Below, piece by piece: positions 63,107 through 64,000 of a DNA stretch of 64,000 nucleotides (position 1 is the first letter of the stretch; each line of letters begins with the position of its first letter). The notes under the pieces are model-generated. The model worked only from the letters and a program-made list of their open reading frames with translations, was not told where the DNA came from and ran no database searches. A program made the position numbers and the translations under genes. Where the stretch lies: the IMG/VR virus record IMGVR_UViG_3300028603_000019, positions 131,877-195,876 of that record; one strand, 5' to 3'. The stretch is from a virus (taxonomy: Duplodnaviria > Heunggongvirae > Uroviricota > Caudoviricetes).

Positions 63107-63657
63107 CCCGTGATACGACTCCTGAATTCAGAGACTACACTGTCTAGCTTCGACCGATCCACGAGGCGAATATTCCTCTTGAATTCATTCAGTTCCATTT
63201 CATATTCATAAATTCTGATCGGCCTGAACCCGGATGGATCAGCCGTGTGCATGATAGTCTCCGGATTGACTCGAACGTCCAATTCCTCGTTATAGTGAAA
63301 CAGGATATTTTCTGTTATGGTCTGATTCCTCGTCCAGTCAATCACTGAATAGTGATCTGAACCAGCCTGGGTCCGATACTTCTGTATCATGTATTTTTCC
63401 CAGACCTCTTGATTCATGGGCCATTCCGTGTAGGTATCAAATATACCATTTGACATCAAGACCAACCACGTATAATCAACGGATCCGTAGTAATAGTGCG
63501 CTATGTCTTCCGGTTTTTCTCCGTCCTGAATGGTGTATGGAAGGAACAGGAATGGATTGGAAAGGTGCTGATCCAAGAAATTCGTTCGCCTGGTGATATC
63601 CCTGACGATCTGGTTTCCATATAGGATCTTTGGGAAGTGGGAGAAATATACTGACAT
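63103..63657 (-). CDS. gp53: Baseplate wedge subunit (LysM-like)
   Basis: YFSHFPKI.Y, YTIQDGEKPEDIAHYYYGSVDYTWLV, YEYE..NEFKRNI. Confidence 0.93.
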   Translation of the reverse strand: MSVYFSHFPKILYGNQIVRDITRRTNFLDQHLSNPFLFLPYTIQDGEKPEDIAHYYYGSVDYTWLVLMSNGIFDTYTEWPMNQEVWEKYMIQKYRTQAGSDHYSVIDWTRNQTITENILFHYNEELDVRVNPETIMHTADPSGFRPIRIYEYEMELNEFKRNIRLVDRSKLDSVVSEFRSRITG

Positions 63658-63662
63658 GGTTC

Positions 63663-64000
63663 TCAGAAATCTCCAGACAGATCTGTTTGTCCGCCGTCAA
63701 AGAGGTAGTCTCCTCGTGTGTGGATCTCGGTTTCCATCATTTGAACATCGAGTGTAACGATACCTGGTTTTCCTCCTTCCATGATCACGTGATTTCCCTG
63801 TGGATTGAAATTCATGCTCACGTTCTGGATCATGGAAGTCTTGTAATAGAGGTAATAGGATGGATCTACACCTATGAGAAATACATCTACCATCGATGGA
63901 TACGTGAGCATGGCCCGGGCAAGGATCTCAGTGTCTGAAGTCCCCATGGATACATAATCCGGAAGTGCATTGCGCCTTAGCGTGTTGCCGATCATCTTCA
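63663..64000 (-). CDS. gp48: Baseplate tail-tube cap, 5'-partial at the window edge
   Basis: YPSMVDV..IQNVSMNFNPQG..TLDVQMMETEIHTR; upstream of gp53. Confidence 0.75.
   Translation of the reverse strand, partial: KMIGNTLRRNALPDYVSMGTSDTEILARAMLTYPSMVDVFLIGVDPSYYLYYKTSMIQNVSMNFNPQGNHVIMEGGKPGIVTLDVQMMETEIHTRGDYLFDGGQTDLSGDF

Noticed and set aside
1-64000. Standard tRNA or rRNA genes
   Set aside because: No cloverleaf with a TTCGA T-loop found in the intergenic regions inspected; the only tRNA-like structure is the tmRNA.

Overview
The window is a 64-kb segment of a large T4-like myophage. The permuted tmRNA and ROSE-like thermometer suggest an alphaproteobacterial, possibly Rhodobacterales, host. 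Left to right it holds: gp59/gp33 and a minus-strand accessory block; an IS605-type element; split topoisomerase genes gp52 and gp39; gp3; the plus-strand replication and recombination operon (uvsY, uvsW, gp55, gp47, gp46, gp43, a glycosyltransferase/methyltransferase cluster, dexA-like, gp45, gp44, gp62, regA, dUTPase, hsp20); then a minus-strand tail-fibre and baseplate block (FN3/Ig/beta-helix fibres, DUF4815-like, gp8, gp7, gp6, gp25, M15 peptidase, gp5, hub, gp53, partial gp48). The best signals are not in the ORF track. (1) A complete two-piece, circularly permuted tmRNA gene at ~2815-3062 (-), with tag ANTNKAPVDLALAA. (2) Three dispersed copies of a ~230-260 bp promoter-led non-coding element with an invariant 31-nt double hairpin, TCAAGA iterations and a shuffled module. 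(3) An IS605 element with intact tnpB/omegaRNA, tnpA truncated before the HUH motif, and a cargo gene behind a late-promoter-like motif. (4) A ROSE-like RNA thermometer on hsp20. All family assignments come from motif recognition by eye; no database searches were run.
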